NCBI GenBank assembly: GCA_043763155.1
Contig: JAYULW010000065.1
Coordinates: forward strand, 216 to 64,215
Length of the DNA stretch: 64,000 nucleotides
Direction: 5' to 3'
Source of the DNA: Alphaproteobacteria bacterium
GTDB taxonomy: Bacteria; Pseudomonadota; Alphaproteobacteria; Rickettsiales; SXRF01
The notes beneath the pieces were generated by a model, which was given only the letters and a program-made list of their open reading frames with translations, did no database searches and was not told the DNA's origin. The position numbers and the translations under genes were made by a program. Position 1 is the stretch's first letter, and every line of letters starts with the position of its first letter. Shown here one piece after another: positions 48,391 through 56,008 of this stretch.

Positions 48391-48453
48391 GTGTGACGCT
48401 TGGGATAAGCCCGTGTGACGGGTTTTTGGGGATTTCGTGACGGAGGTGTCACA
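48391..48453. promoter_or_regulatory. Phased GTGACG repeat array between rpoN and the downstream small gene
   Basis: GTGTGACG occurs at 48391 and 48413, and tcGTGACG at 48435, so the spacing is exactly 22 nt. An inverted copy GTGTCACA lies at 48446-48453. Confidence 0.55.
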
Positions 48454-48466
48454 ATCAGCGCGGCAA

Positions 48467-49954
48467 CTAAATTGCGTTGTGTTTCAAGCGTTTTCGCTTG
48501 GGGGACGAGGGAATATTCAGGGCTTCGCGGTATTTGGCCACCGTGCGGCGGGCGACCGTGATATTGCGCTCGCGCAGGCCTTCGACGATTTCGTCGTCGG
48601 AAAGAATATGGTCGGGCGTTTCTTTTTCGATCATCTCGCCGATGTAGTGTTTGACCGATTGGGACGAGACGTCTTCCCCGCGCCCTTCGGCGCGTGCGAG
48701 CGCGGAGGTGAAGAAATATTTGAGTTCAAATGTGCCGCGCGGGCAGAGCAGGTATTTGCCATTCGTCACACGGCTGATGGTGCTTTCGTGGTAGCCGGTT
48801 TCGCCTGCGATGACTTTCAGGGTCATGGGTTTCAGGTATTTGACGCCAAGGCGGAAGAAGGCGTCTTGCTGTTTTACCAGTTCGCCGCCGACCTTCAGCA
48901 TGGTTTGGGCGCGTTGTTCGAGGGCGCGCACCAGCCAATTGGCGGAGCCGAATTGTTCGCTTAGATATTGCTTGTCTTTGACGTTGCGGGTTTCGGTGGT
49001 GATTTTTTTGTAATAGCGCTTGTTCACCATGATTTTGGGGAAGTTGGCCATGTTGAGTTCAACGTGCCAATTACCATCTGGCAGGCGGCGCACAAAAATA
49101 TCCGGCTCCAGCGTCTGGGCGATTTCGTGGGTGAAGCGGCCGCCGGGCTTGGGGTTTAGCGCGCGGATTTCGCCCACCATCTGGCGGAGGTCGTCTTTGT
49201 CCACGCCGCAGCGTTTTTGCAGTTCGTCGAACTTGCCGTCGGCCAGCATGTGCAGATTATCGAGCATGGCCTGCATGGCGGGGTCGAGGCGGTTTTGTTC
49301 GCGCAGCTGGATGGCGAGGCACTCGCTTAAGTTGCGCGCGCAGATGCCGGGGGGGTCAAAATTCTGCAAATCTTTCAGCACGGCTTCGACTTCGGGGGTT
49401 TCGGTGCCCAGCGTGTTGGCAAGGGTTGCGAGGTCTTCCTTGATGTATCCGGCTTCGTCCACCACGTCTATCAGGTGCGCGCCGATCATGCGTTTGATGG
49501 GGTCGTGGATGCTGAGGTTCAGCTGCTCCAGCAAATGATCGCGCAAGCTTGCGCCCTGCGAGGCGTTGTCTTCGATGCTGCGGGTGTCGTCGTCGCCGTC
49601 GTAGCCGCTGCCGTGGCTGGTGATGTTCTGGTCGTGGCGGAGGTAGTCGGTTTCGATTTCAAAACTATCATCCCATGCCTCACCTGTGCCGCCCATGTCG
49701 TTGCCGAAATCCTGGTTGTCGCCGAAGTCGGCTTCTTTGGGTTCGGCTTCGTAGTCGTTTTTCTTTTCTTCATCGTTTTGGGCGGGGGCTTCTTCGCCGT
49801 CTTCTTGCAGGAAAGGGTTCTTTTCCAGCTCCTGTTCAACGAACTCGCGCAGCTCCAGCGACGTGCATTGCAACAGCTTGATGGACTGCTGCAACTGCTG
49901 GGTCATGACCAGTGACTGGCCCTGCCGTAGCTCTAATTTAGGTCCTCCGCTCAT
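48467..49954 (-). CDS. rpoN: RNA polymerase sigma-54 factor
   Basis: A Gln/acidic N-terminus, a core-binding region, and the C-terminal RpoN box ARRTVAKYREALNIPSS. Confidence 0.95.
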   Translation of the reverse strand: MSGGPKLELRQGQSLVMTQQLQQSIKLLQCTSLELREFVEQELEKNPFLQEDGEEAPAQNDEEKKNDYEAEPKEADFGDNQDFGNDMGGTGEAWDDSFEIETDYLRHDQNITSHGSGYDGDDDTRSIEDNASQGASLRDHLLEQLNLSIHDPIKRMIGAHLIDVVDEAGYIKEDLATLANTLGTETPEVEAVLKDLQNFDPPGICARNLSECLAIQLREQNRLDPAMQAMLDNLHMLADGKFDELQKRCGVDKDDLRQMVGEIRALNPKPGGRFTHEIAQTLEPDIFVRRLPDGNWHVELNMANFPKIMVNKRYYKKITTETRNVKDKQYLSEQFGSANWLVRALEQRAQTMLKVGGELVKQQDAFFRLGVKYLKPMTLKVIAGETGYHESTISRVTNGKYLLCPRGTFELKYFFTSALARAEGRGEDVSSQSVKHYIGEMIEKETPDHILSDDEIVEGLRERNITVARRTVAKYREALNIPSSPKRKRLKHNAI

Positions 49955-50011
49955 AAATATGGTATATTTCCGTAGTTTAGTAAGCAGATATGGGTGTTTT
50001 GCGCGTCATCA

Positions 50012-50039
50012 TATTGTCATGTTTTGGAAAATGACAATA
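50012..50039. promoter_or_regulatory. Perfect 9-bp inverted repeat TATTGTCAT-N10-ATGACAATA in the rpoN / 50089 divergent intergenic region
   Basis: The arms lie at 50012-50020 and 50031-50039. A further ACAATAG copy lies at 50054-50060. Confidence 0.6.
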
Positions 50040-50088
50040 GTTTTGACTGCTATACAATAGACTATCGGTTTGGATAGACAAGGTCCCT

Positions 50089-50445
50089 ATGGTTGTTGAA
50101 TTTTTTGATGTTGCGCTAGGCGCGGTGGAAGGCGCCTTTCTGGTGCATGATTTTCCCGGTGGGAAAAACGCGCCGCGCAGCAGTGCGGCCGCTGTGCCGC
50201 TGGGGACTGCGGCGCTTTCGGGCCTGGCGGTCGGGGCATTTGCACACACGCAAAACCAAGCCATATGGGGCAGCGCGCTTGCGGGCGGCGCTATTCCGCT
50301 TTTTGGCCGGGGAAAAATTACGGGCGCGGGCATTGCCATGGCCGCCATTACGTCCACCGCCGTGGGGCTGGTGACATATACGGCGAAGACCAGCTGGGTG
50401 CAGCATGAGGGGCAAAAAAAAGCACATGACACACATGAACGGTAG
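50089..50445 (+). CDS. Hypothetical Gly/Ala-rich membrane protein (118 aa), paralog of the next gene
   Basis: It shares collinear anchors with the 50452 product: RSS, G(G/A)AIP, AKxxW, QKK and DT. Confidence 0.5.
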   Translation: MVVEFFDVALGAVEGAFLVHDFPGGKNAPRSSAAAVPLGTAALSGLAVGAFAHTQNQAIWGSALAGGAIPLFGRGKITGAGIAMAAITSTAVGLVTYTAKTSWVQHEGQKKAHDTHER

Positions 50446-50451
50446 GCAGTA

Positions 50452-50937
50452 ATGGACTTTGGTGGCGGGGATTTTGGTGGCCTGTTTGATTTTGGGCATC
50501 ATGGTGGGGGGCATCATGGTGGTGGGCATTATGACGGCGGGTTTCATCATGGCAGCGGGCATCACAGCGGTGGCGATATGTCGTGGCTGTGGGCTGGCGG
50601 CGCCGACGTAATCGGAGATGGGGCGGCTGTTACCACTACCAGTGGCAGCGCTGCATCGCGCAGCAGCGACAGCATGCGCATCAAGCCGCCTTTGCTGCTT
50701 TCAGCGGGCGCGGGCGTGGCGTCGGGGTTACTCACCGATAATCCTAAGGCGACATTCGTTGCCAGCCTGCTTTCGGGCGCGGCGATTCCTTATGCGGCGA
50801 TGCATAAGCCTAATTTAGTTGAGGTGGGGCTTTCGGCGGGCGCTTCGGTGCTGGCGGGGGCGATTACGCAGCAAGCGAAGCATAACTGGCAGGAGCGCCA
50901 GAAAAAGCCCGATACGCAGGCCCAGCCGCAGCGCTAA
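50452..50937 (+). CDS. Hypothetical Gly/Ala-rich membrane protein (161 aa) with a His/Gly-repeat N-terminus
   Basis: The N-terminus is MDFGGGDFGGLFDFGHHGGGHHGGGHYDGGFHHGSGHHSGG. The C-terminal two thirds are paralogous to the 50089 product. Confidence 0.5.
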   Translation: MDFGGGDFGGLFDFGHHGGGHHGGGHYDGGFHHGSGHHSGGDMSWLWAGGADVIGDGAAVTTTSGSAASRSSDSMRIKPPLLLSAGAGVASGLLTDNPKATFVASLLSGAAIPYAAMHKPNLVEVGLSAGASVLAGAITQQAKHNWQERQKKPDTQAQPQR

Positions 50938-51821
50938 CCGGGTGTTCCCCGGTCTTTAAGTTGAAGCCCAATAAGATCTTTAAGCGCTGCTGTGTTTTCC
51001 GGCGTTTTGGGAATACGCATGACCCTGCGCGTGCCTTCCAGAATTTCTTTTTCCATGTCCTGATCGCTTTTAACCAGCGCGCGCTGGCGCTGCCCTGCTT
51101 CCTTGCGCTCCGCCTTGTCGCCGGTGAGGCGCTTATCTATCAATTCTATCTGATCTGGATCGAGCTGCACACGACCACCGGGTTCCACCGGGATTTCCCG
51201 TCCATCGGGGAAGACATTGGTGATGCGCACCGTTTTGGGCATGGCGCTGTTCAGTGCCACGTAAAGCGCCCAGTCGCGCCCCCTGCCCTGCTCTTGGCCG
51301 AGGGAGCGTTCGTATTCTTCCTTGCCGCTTTCCAGCTTTACCACTTTCCAGCCTTTTTTCGCTTCGTCGGCCATGAGCTGAATGTTGCGGATAAAGCTGG
51401 GAACGGCGCGGTCGAAGGCTTCCGGTTCCAGCGCTATGATGCGCACATGGTCGTCTTCGGGTTCGTAATAGGCCTTGCGCGTTTTTTCGCCTTTGGGCGT
51501 ATCAATATAAGCGCTTCCCAGCGATTCGCCGAGCATGGGGTCCAGTATGTCTTCGGTGAAGCCCTGCGGCAGGGGAATGCGTTTTTGCATAGGGGTGTAG
51601 CCCGCTGCGAAAATATCGGTTTCGGCGATGCGCTCTCTTTTGCCGGTATTGCGCAGGGCATCGAAAAAATCGTTAGACACCAGCGCGCTGATGGCTTCGT
51701 CCTTATCGAGATATTGCCATGGTTCCTTAGGCAGGTCTTTGAGGGCGCTTACGGTGCGTTCAAATAAGGTGGGCAAGCGCTTACAGGCTGAAACGTTCGC
51801 CAAGATAGACGCGGCGCACAT
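50934..51821 (-). CDS. Hypothetical protein (up to 295 aa) immediately downstream of lptB
   Basis: The ORF starts at ATG 51821, overlapping lptB by 41 nt, or at TTG 51776, 4 nt after the lptB stop. I recognise no motif, signal peptide or TM helix. Confidence 0.5.
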   Translation of the reverse strand: MCAASILANVSACKRLPTLFERTVSALKDLPKEPWQYLDKDEAISALVSNDFFDALRNTGKRERIAETDIFAAGYTPMQKRIPLPQGFTEDILDPMLGESLGSAYIDTPKGEKTRKAYYEPEDDHVRIIALEPEAFDRAVPSFIRNIQLMADEAKKGWKVVKLESGKEEYERSLGQEQGRGRDWALYVALNSAMPKTVRITNVFPDGREIPVEPGGRVQLDPDQIELIDKRLTGDKAERKEAGQRQRALVKSDQDMEKEILEGTRRVMRIPKTPENTAALKDLIGLQLKDRGTPG

Positions 51822-52581
51822 CCACGTTATTCACGATTTCAGATGGCGTGCCTTCCATCAGCACGGTGCCGTCATGCATGATGTAGGCGCGGTCAATGAT
51901 GTCGAGGGTTTCGCGCACGTTGTGGTCGGTGATGAGTACGCCGATGCCACGATTTTTCAGGTGTTTTACCAGTTTGCGCACGTCATCTACCGCGATGGGG
52001 TCAATACCTGCCAGGGGTTCATCGAGCAGGATGAACGCAGGGCGGCTGGCCAGCGCGCGGGCGATTTCCACGCGGCGGCGCTCGCCGCCGGAAAGGGTGA
52101 TACCTTGGGCCATGCGCAGGTGGGTGATGGAGAATTCGGCCAGCAGCTCGTCAAGCATCACCTGGCGGTTGGCGGGGTCTGGCTCAGAGATTTCCAGCAC
52201 CGAGAGAATATTTTGCTCCACCGACAGGCCGCGGAAAATGGAAGCTTCCTGCGGGAGGTAGCCGATGCCGAGGCGGGCGCGGCGGTACATGGGCAACTTG
52301 GTAATGTCTTGCCCGTCGAGCTTGATTTCGCCGGTGTCGGGGCGGATGAGGCCGGTGATCATGTAGAAGCAGGTGGTTTTGCCCGCGCCGTTGGGGCCTA
52401 GCAGGCCCACGGCTTCGCCACGGCGCAAACGCAAGCTCACATCGCGCACCACGGGGCGGCTGGAGTAGCGCTTGCCGATATGCTCCACTTCAAGCCCGAT
52501 GGCGCTTTCGACCAGGCGGGGGCCGCCGGACTCGTCGGTGGCTTCGGGTGGTTTGCCGGGTTTGCCGCGCAGTTTGCTCAT
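51781..52581 (-). CDS. lptB: LPS export ABC transporter ATP-binding protein
   Basis: Walker A GPNGAGKTT and signature LSGGERRRVEIARAL. I chose ATG 52581, 1 nt after the lptA stop. Confidence 0.9.
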   Translation of the reverse strand: MSKLRGKPGKPPEATDESGGPRLVESAIGLEVEHIGKRYSSRPVVRDVSLRLRRGEAVGLLGPNGAGKTTCFYMITGLIRPDTGEIKLDGQDITKLPMYRRARLGIGYLPQEASIFRGLSVEQNILSVLEISEPDPANRQVMLDELLAEFSITHLRMAQGITLSGGERRRVEIARALASRPAFILLDEPLAGIDPIAVDDVRKLVKHLKNRGIGVLITDHNVRETLDIIDRAYIMHDGTVLMEGTPSEIVNNVDVRRVYLGERFSL

Positions 52582-52582
52582 G

Positions 52583-53197
52583 TTATTTTTTGTCCTTTTC
52601 GGGCACGAAGAGTGCGCGCACGCGCTTTTTGCCACCTGTGCCGCCGGATGCGGTGGCGGCTGCGCCTGCTTCGCTTACGATTTTGCTTTTGCCGGTTGCG
52701 AAATTATAGACGAGGTTTTCGCCTTCCAGCACGTTTTTGCCGCGGGTCAGGACCACATGTCCATTCAGGTGGATTTCCTGCTCGTCCACGTCGTATGTGG
52801 CGGTTGCGCCGCTGGCGGTTTCTTCAGGCGTGGCGAGAAATACGTTGCCTACCGCATCAATTTTTTTAATAGCGTTTTCTTCCTTGGCGGCTGCTTTGGG
52901 GGCTTTTTTGCCCTTGGCCTCTTCGCGCTTGGCGTAGAACACATTCATGCTGTCGGCGGTCAGGCGCAGATCGCCCTGAATGGCCACCACATGGCCGGTA
53001 AACGTTGCTTTGCTTTCTTCCTGCAGCACTTCCAGCGAGTCGGCGGTGACTTCGATGGGGGTGTGGTTGTCGCGCTTTTTGCCGAAGGAGGCAACAGGCT
53101 CAGCTTTTTTGGCGGATTTAGCGGCGGCGGGGCCGGAAACACCCAAGGCCAGCGTGGCTGCGAGGATGCAAATAACTGTCAGACGTGCGTCTTTCAT
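52583..53197 (-). CDS. lptA: LPS transport periplasmic protein LptA (OstA-like)
   Basis: A signal peptide and an OstA_N-like beta-jellyroll repeat pattern, positioned between lptC and lptB. Confidence 0.8.
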   Translation of the reverse strand: MKDARLTVICILAATLALGVSGPAAAKSAKKAEPVASFGKKRDNHTPIEVTADSLEVLQEESKATFTGHVVAIQGDLRLTADSMNVFYAKREEAKGKKAPKAAAKEENAIKKIDAVGNVFLATPEETASGATATYDVDEQEIHLNGHVVLTRGKNVLEGENLVYNFATGKSKIVSEAGAAATASGGTGGKKRVRALFVPEKDKK

Positions 53198-53202
53198 AGG
53201 GC

Positions 53203-53787
53203 CTAACGATACAATTTGATTCTTACCGAATCGTTAAAACGAATGGATTTTCCATGCTCTGCCACGGAGAAACCTTTAGCTTTGAGCGTGCCCATCGGTC
53301 CCTGCCCTTCGACAGATGCGTCACCGTAGGCGCTGCCCTTCTGGATGTCAACGTTCACATGATCGGTGCGGAACTCGTAGCCGTTGTCGTAGAATACATC
53401 TACGCCGCTGGTTAGTTCCAGTTGTTTGGTGAGCAGGTTCAGCTTGCCCTGCCCGGCATTCAGCGCGATCCAGACGCCTTTTTCCATGGCGATGTCGGCG
53501 CGGATGTTGGTCAGCGACACATTGTCCTTGTCAAGCTGGATGGCTTTGTCGGCCATGACGGTGTAGGGGCGGTTATTGCCGTCCACGCCCTGATAATGCG
53601 GGTTGGCCATGATATTTTGCAGGATTGCGCTGGTTTTGGACATGTTTGAAAATACTACACGGGCGCTGTTTTCGCTGCTGCTGTCGGAGCCGACCCAGAT
53701 GATGGCCGCCACAAGCGCTGCCACCAGCAGCCATAAAAAGCGCTTGGAGAGCGAGACAAAGCGCGTGTAATGCGCGTGTGGGCTCAT
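53203..53787 (-). CDS. lptC: LPS export protein LptC
   Basis: A single N-terminal TM anchor plus a periplasmic beta-rich domain. It overlaps the kdsD stop (ATGA) and lies upstream of lptA. Confidence 0.7.
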   Translation of the reverse strand: MSPHAHYTRFVSLSKRFLWLLVAALVAAIIWVGSDSSSENSARVVFSNMSKTSAILQNIMANPHYQGVDGNNRPYTVMADKAIQLDKDNVSLTNIRADIAMEKGVWIALNAGQGKLNLLTKQLELTSGVDVFYDNGYEFRTDHVNVDIQKGSAYGDASVEGQGPMGTLKAKGFSVAEHGKSIRFNDSVRIKLYR

Positions 53788-54767
53788 GCGATTCCGGCGC
53801 GCAGGCAGTCGTGGATGTGGATGATGCCCACGGGCTTCTGGCCATCCATGGCGAAGAGCGTGGTGATGGAGCGCTGGTTCATGATGCCCAATGCTTCGGC
53901 GGCCAGTGCGCCTTCGCGGATGGTGGTGGGGTTGGGGGTCATGACGGCGTCGGCCTTCATCTGCAGCAAATCTTCGGCCATGTGCCTGCGCAAATCACCG
54001 TCGGTGATGATGCCCAGCAAGGCCCCTGCCCCATCCACCACGCCTGCGGTGCCGAAGGCTTTGGTGGTCATGGTGATGATAACGTCGCGCATTAAATCCG
54101 TGCTTTTGACCAGCGGCAGTTCGGTGTGCATGAGGTCGGACACACGGATGAAGGCCTTGCCCAGCTTGCCGCCGGGGTGGAAAACCGAGAAATGTTCCTT
54201 GGTGAAGCCACGGCGCTCCATGAGGGCGACGGCGAGTGCATCGCCCAGTGCCATCATCATGGTGGTAGACGTTGTGGGGGCGTCGGTGGGTGGGGCTTCG
54301 GGGGTTGCGGGCAGCACCATGGCCACGTCGGCGGCTTCGACCAGCATGGAGGTTTGCCTGCGCACCATGGCGATGAGCGGGATGCTGAAACGCTTGCAGT
54401 AGCCGATGATGGCGGTGAGTTCGGCGGTTTCGCCGGAATTGGAAAGGGCGAGGACCACATCGTCGGGTGTGATCATGCCGAGGTCGCCGTGGCTGGCTTC
54501 GCCGGGATGCACGAAGTGGGCGGGTGTGCCGGTGCTTGCAAACGTGGCGGCGATTTTGCGGGCTACGTGGCCGCTCTTGCCCATGCCGCTGATGATGACG
54601 CGGCCATTGCTGGCGGCGATAGTTTCGACCGCTTTGGCGAAGTCTTCGCCCAGCGTGTCGCTGAGTGCGGAAAGCCCTGCGATTTCCTGCGCGATGCAGG
54701 CGCGGCCATGCGCAATATCGCTAGCGGCGTTATTGTGGGGTGCGGCTTTGGCAGGCTGTTTAGGCAT
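53784..54767 (-). CDS. kdsD: Arabinose-5-phosphate isomerase (KdsD/KpsF; SIS + tandem CBS)
   Basis: SIS motif GMGKSGHVARKIAATFASTGTPA plus a C-terminal CBS pair. I chose ATG 54767. Confidence 0.9.
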   Translation of the reverse strand: MPKQPAKAAPHNNAASDIAHGRACIAQEIAGLSALSDTLGEDFAKAVETIAASNGRVIISGMGKSGHVARKIAATFASTGTPAHFVHPGEASHGDLGMITPDDVVLALSNSGETAELTAIIGYCKRFSIPLIAMVRRQTSMLVEAADVAMVLPATPEAPPTDAPTTSTTMMMALGDALAVALMERRGFTKEHFSVFHPGGKLGKAFIRVSDLMHTELPLVKSTDLMRDVIITMTTKAFGTAGVVDGAGALLGIITDGDLRRHMAEDLLQMKADAVMTPNPTTIREGALAAEALGIMNQRSITTLFAMDGQKPVGIIHIHDCLRAGIA

Positions 54768-54857
54768 GTGGTATCTCAAAATTGGCAAATTGGCTAAGAA
54801 TGGCGGCCACCATAGCATTTTTGGGGCATAATGAGAAGCCCAAATGCCGCTTTTAGC

Positions 54858-55517
54858 CTAGCTATGGGCGAAAAGGTCTTCGTTTTCCCAGCCAGCGAGG
54901 TCGAGTTCGGCGCGGTAGGGCAGGAAATTGAAGCAGGATTGCGCCAGTTCCGTGCGGCCTTCACGCTCGATCATCATTTCCAGTTTTGCCTTCAGGCGGT
55001 GCAGGTAATGCACGTCGCTTGCCGCATATTCAATCTGCTCAGGGCTTAGGTTTTCTGCGCCCCAGTCGGAGCTTTGCTGCTGCTTGGAGATGTCGAGGCC
55101 GAGGAGTTCGCGGCAGATGTCTTTGTAGCCGTGGCGGTCGGTGTAGGTGCGCGCTAAGCGGCTGGCGGTACGGGTGCAATAGACCGGGTTGGTGCGCACG
55201 CCGAGATAGTGGCGCATGATGGACAGGTCGAAGCGGGCGAAATGGAAGATTTTGGTGCGCTTGGGGTCGGTCAGGAGTTTTACGAGGTTCGGGGCGTCGT
55301 ATGTGCCATCGAATTTCACGAGGTGGGCGTCGCCATTACCGTCGGAAAGCTGCACGAGACAGAGGCGGTCGCGCTTGTTGTTCAGGCCCATGGCTTCGGT
55401 ATCCACGGCAATATCGCCCTTGAAGGTCACGCTTGCGGGCAGGTCGCCCTTGTGCAGGTAGTTTGTAATGGCCCGTCTCCTCTGGATAAAATGTAATGCC
55501 TTGTTTTTGTAAATCAA
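54858..55517 (-). CDS. rnd: Short RNase D-like 3'-5' exonuclease (DEDD family)
   Basis: Motifs HKGDLP, IAVDTEAMGL, FHFARFDL and ASDVHYLHRL. Confidence 0.8.
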   Translation of the reverse strand: MIYKNKALHFIQRRRAITNYLHKGDLPASVTFKGDIAVDTEAMGLNNKRDRLCLVQLSDGNGDAHLVKFDGTYDAPNLVKLLTDPKRTKIFHFARFDLSIMRHYLGVRTNPVYCTRTASRLARTYTDRHGYKDICRELLGLDISKQQQSSDWGAENLSPEQIEYAASDVHYLHRLKAKLEMMIEREGRTELAQSCFNFLPYRAELDLAGWENEDLFAHS

Positions 55518-55667
55518 TTGCGTGGGCGGGCAAGTGTTTTATTTGGGCGATAGACGGCATTTTATATATATACGATTGATTTTGTTGTATTTTTTCGCTT
55601 CTAGCGCTTGCCGGAAGGCAGGGATGCTGGTAGGCTTTAAAAAGTATCCTTTAGTGGAGCTACGCTT

Positions 55668-55832
55668 GTGCGCCTGTTACTGGCATTCCTGCGCGATGAA
55701 GACGGTACAGCCATGATCGAATATGGGCTGATCGCCAGCATGATTTCTATCGTCGCGCTCAGCTCGATGTATGCCATCGGCGGGCAGGTGCAGGTGTTTT
55801 TCGATGATATGGTGACGTCACTAGGCCGCTGA
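55668..55832 (+). CDS. flp: Flp/Fap-family type IVb pilin prepilin (54 aa). It is absent from the ORF track because it is under 60 aa.
   Basis: My own translation is VRLLLAFLRDEDGTAMIEYGLIASMISIVALSSMYAIGGQVQVFFDDMVTSLGR. It has the Flp motif DEDG|TAMIEYGLIA. The start is GTG, with GGAG 9 nt upstream. Confidence 0.75.
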   Translation: MRLLLAFLRDEDGTAMIEYGLIASMISIVALSSMYAIGGQVQVFFDDMVTSLGR

Positions 55833-55838
55833 AGGAAA

Positions 55839-55913
55839 TGGAGGCCAGGGGGAGAATCGAACTCCCGAATACAGGATTTGCAGTCCCGTGCATTACCACT
55901 TTGCTACCTAGCC
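55839..55913 (-). tRNA. tRNA-Cys (anticodon GCA)
   Basis: I folded the cloverleaf by hand. The acceptor stem is GGCTAGG/CCTGGCC. The anticodon arm is CGGGA-CTGCAAA-TCCTG. The T arm is GGGAG-TTCGATT-CTCCC. The discriminator is T and CCA is encoded. The gene is 75 nt. Confidence 0.9.
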
Positions 55914-56008
55914 TCAGGCTTCCCAAACGCCGTGAGGGTGCTGTTATACTGGCGGAATGCGCGCATGGTCAAGGTCAAAACCGTGCGTATGCCGTATATT
56001 CCTCTATT

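Noticed and set aside
48410-48426. The hairpin CCCGT-GTG-ACGGG followed by TTTTT as a terminator
   Set aside because: The T-run follows the stem only on the plus strand, where no gene ends. The stem is only 5 bp. It coincides with copy 2 of the phased GTGACG repeats, which explains it better.
55522-55716. A 64-aa plus-strand ORF upstream of or overlapping the flp start
   Set aside because: It lies in an AT-rich promoter-like region, in a different frame from the convincing Flp pilin ORF, and it has no RBS.
55839-55913. tRNA-Cys as a possible genomic-island integration site
   Set aside because: No integrase is present, no direct repeat of the tRNA 3' end is visible nearby, and both flanks are housekeeping genes (rimO) or a tiny pilin gene.
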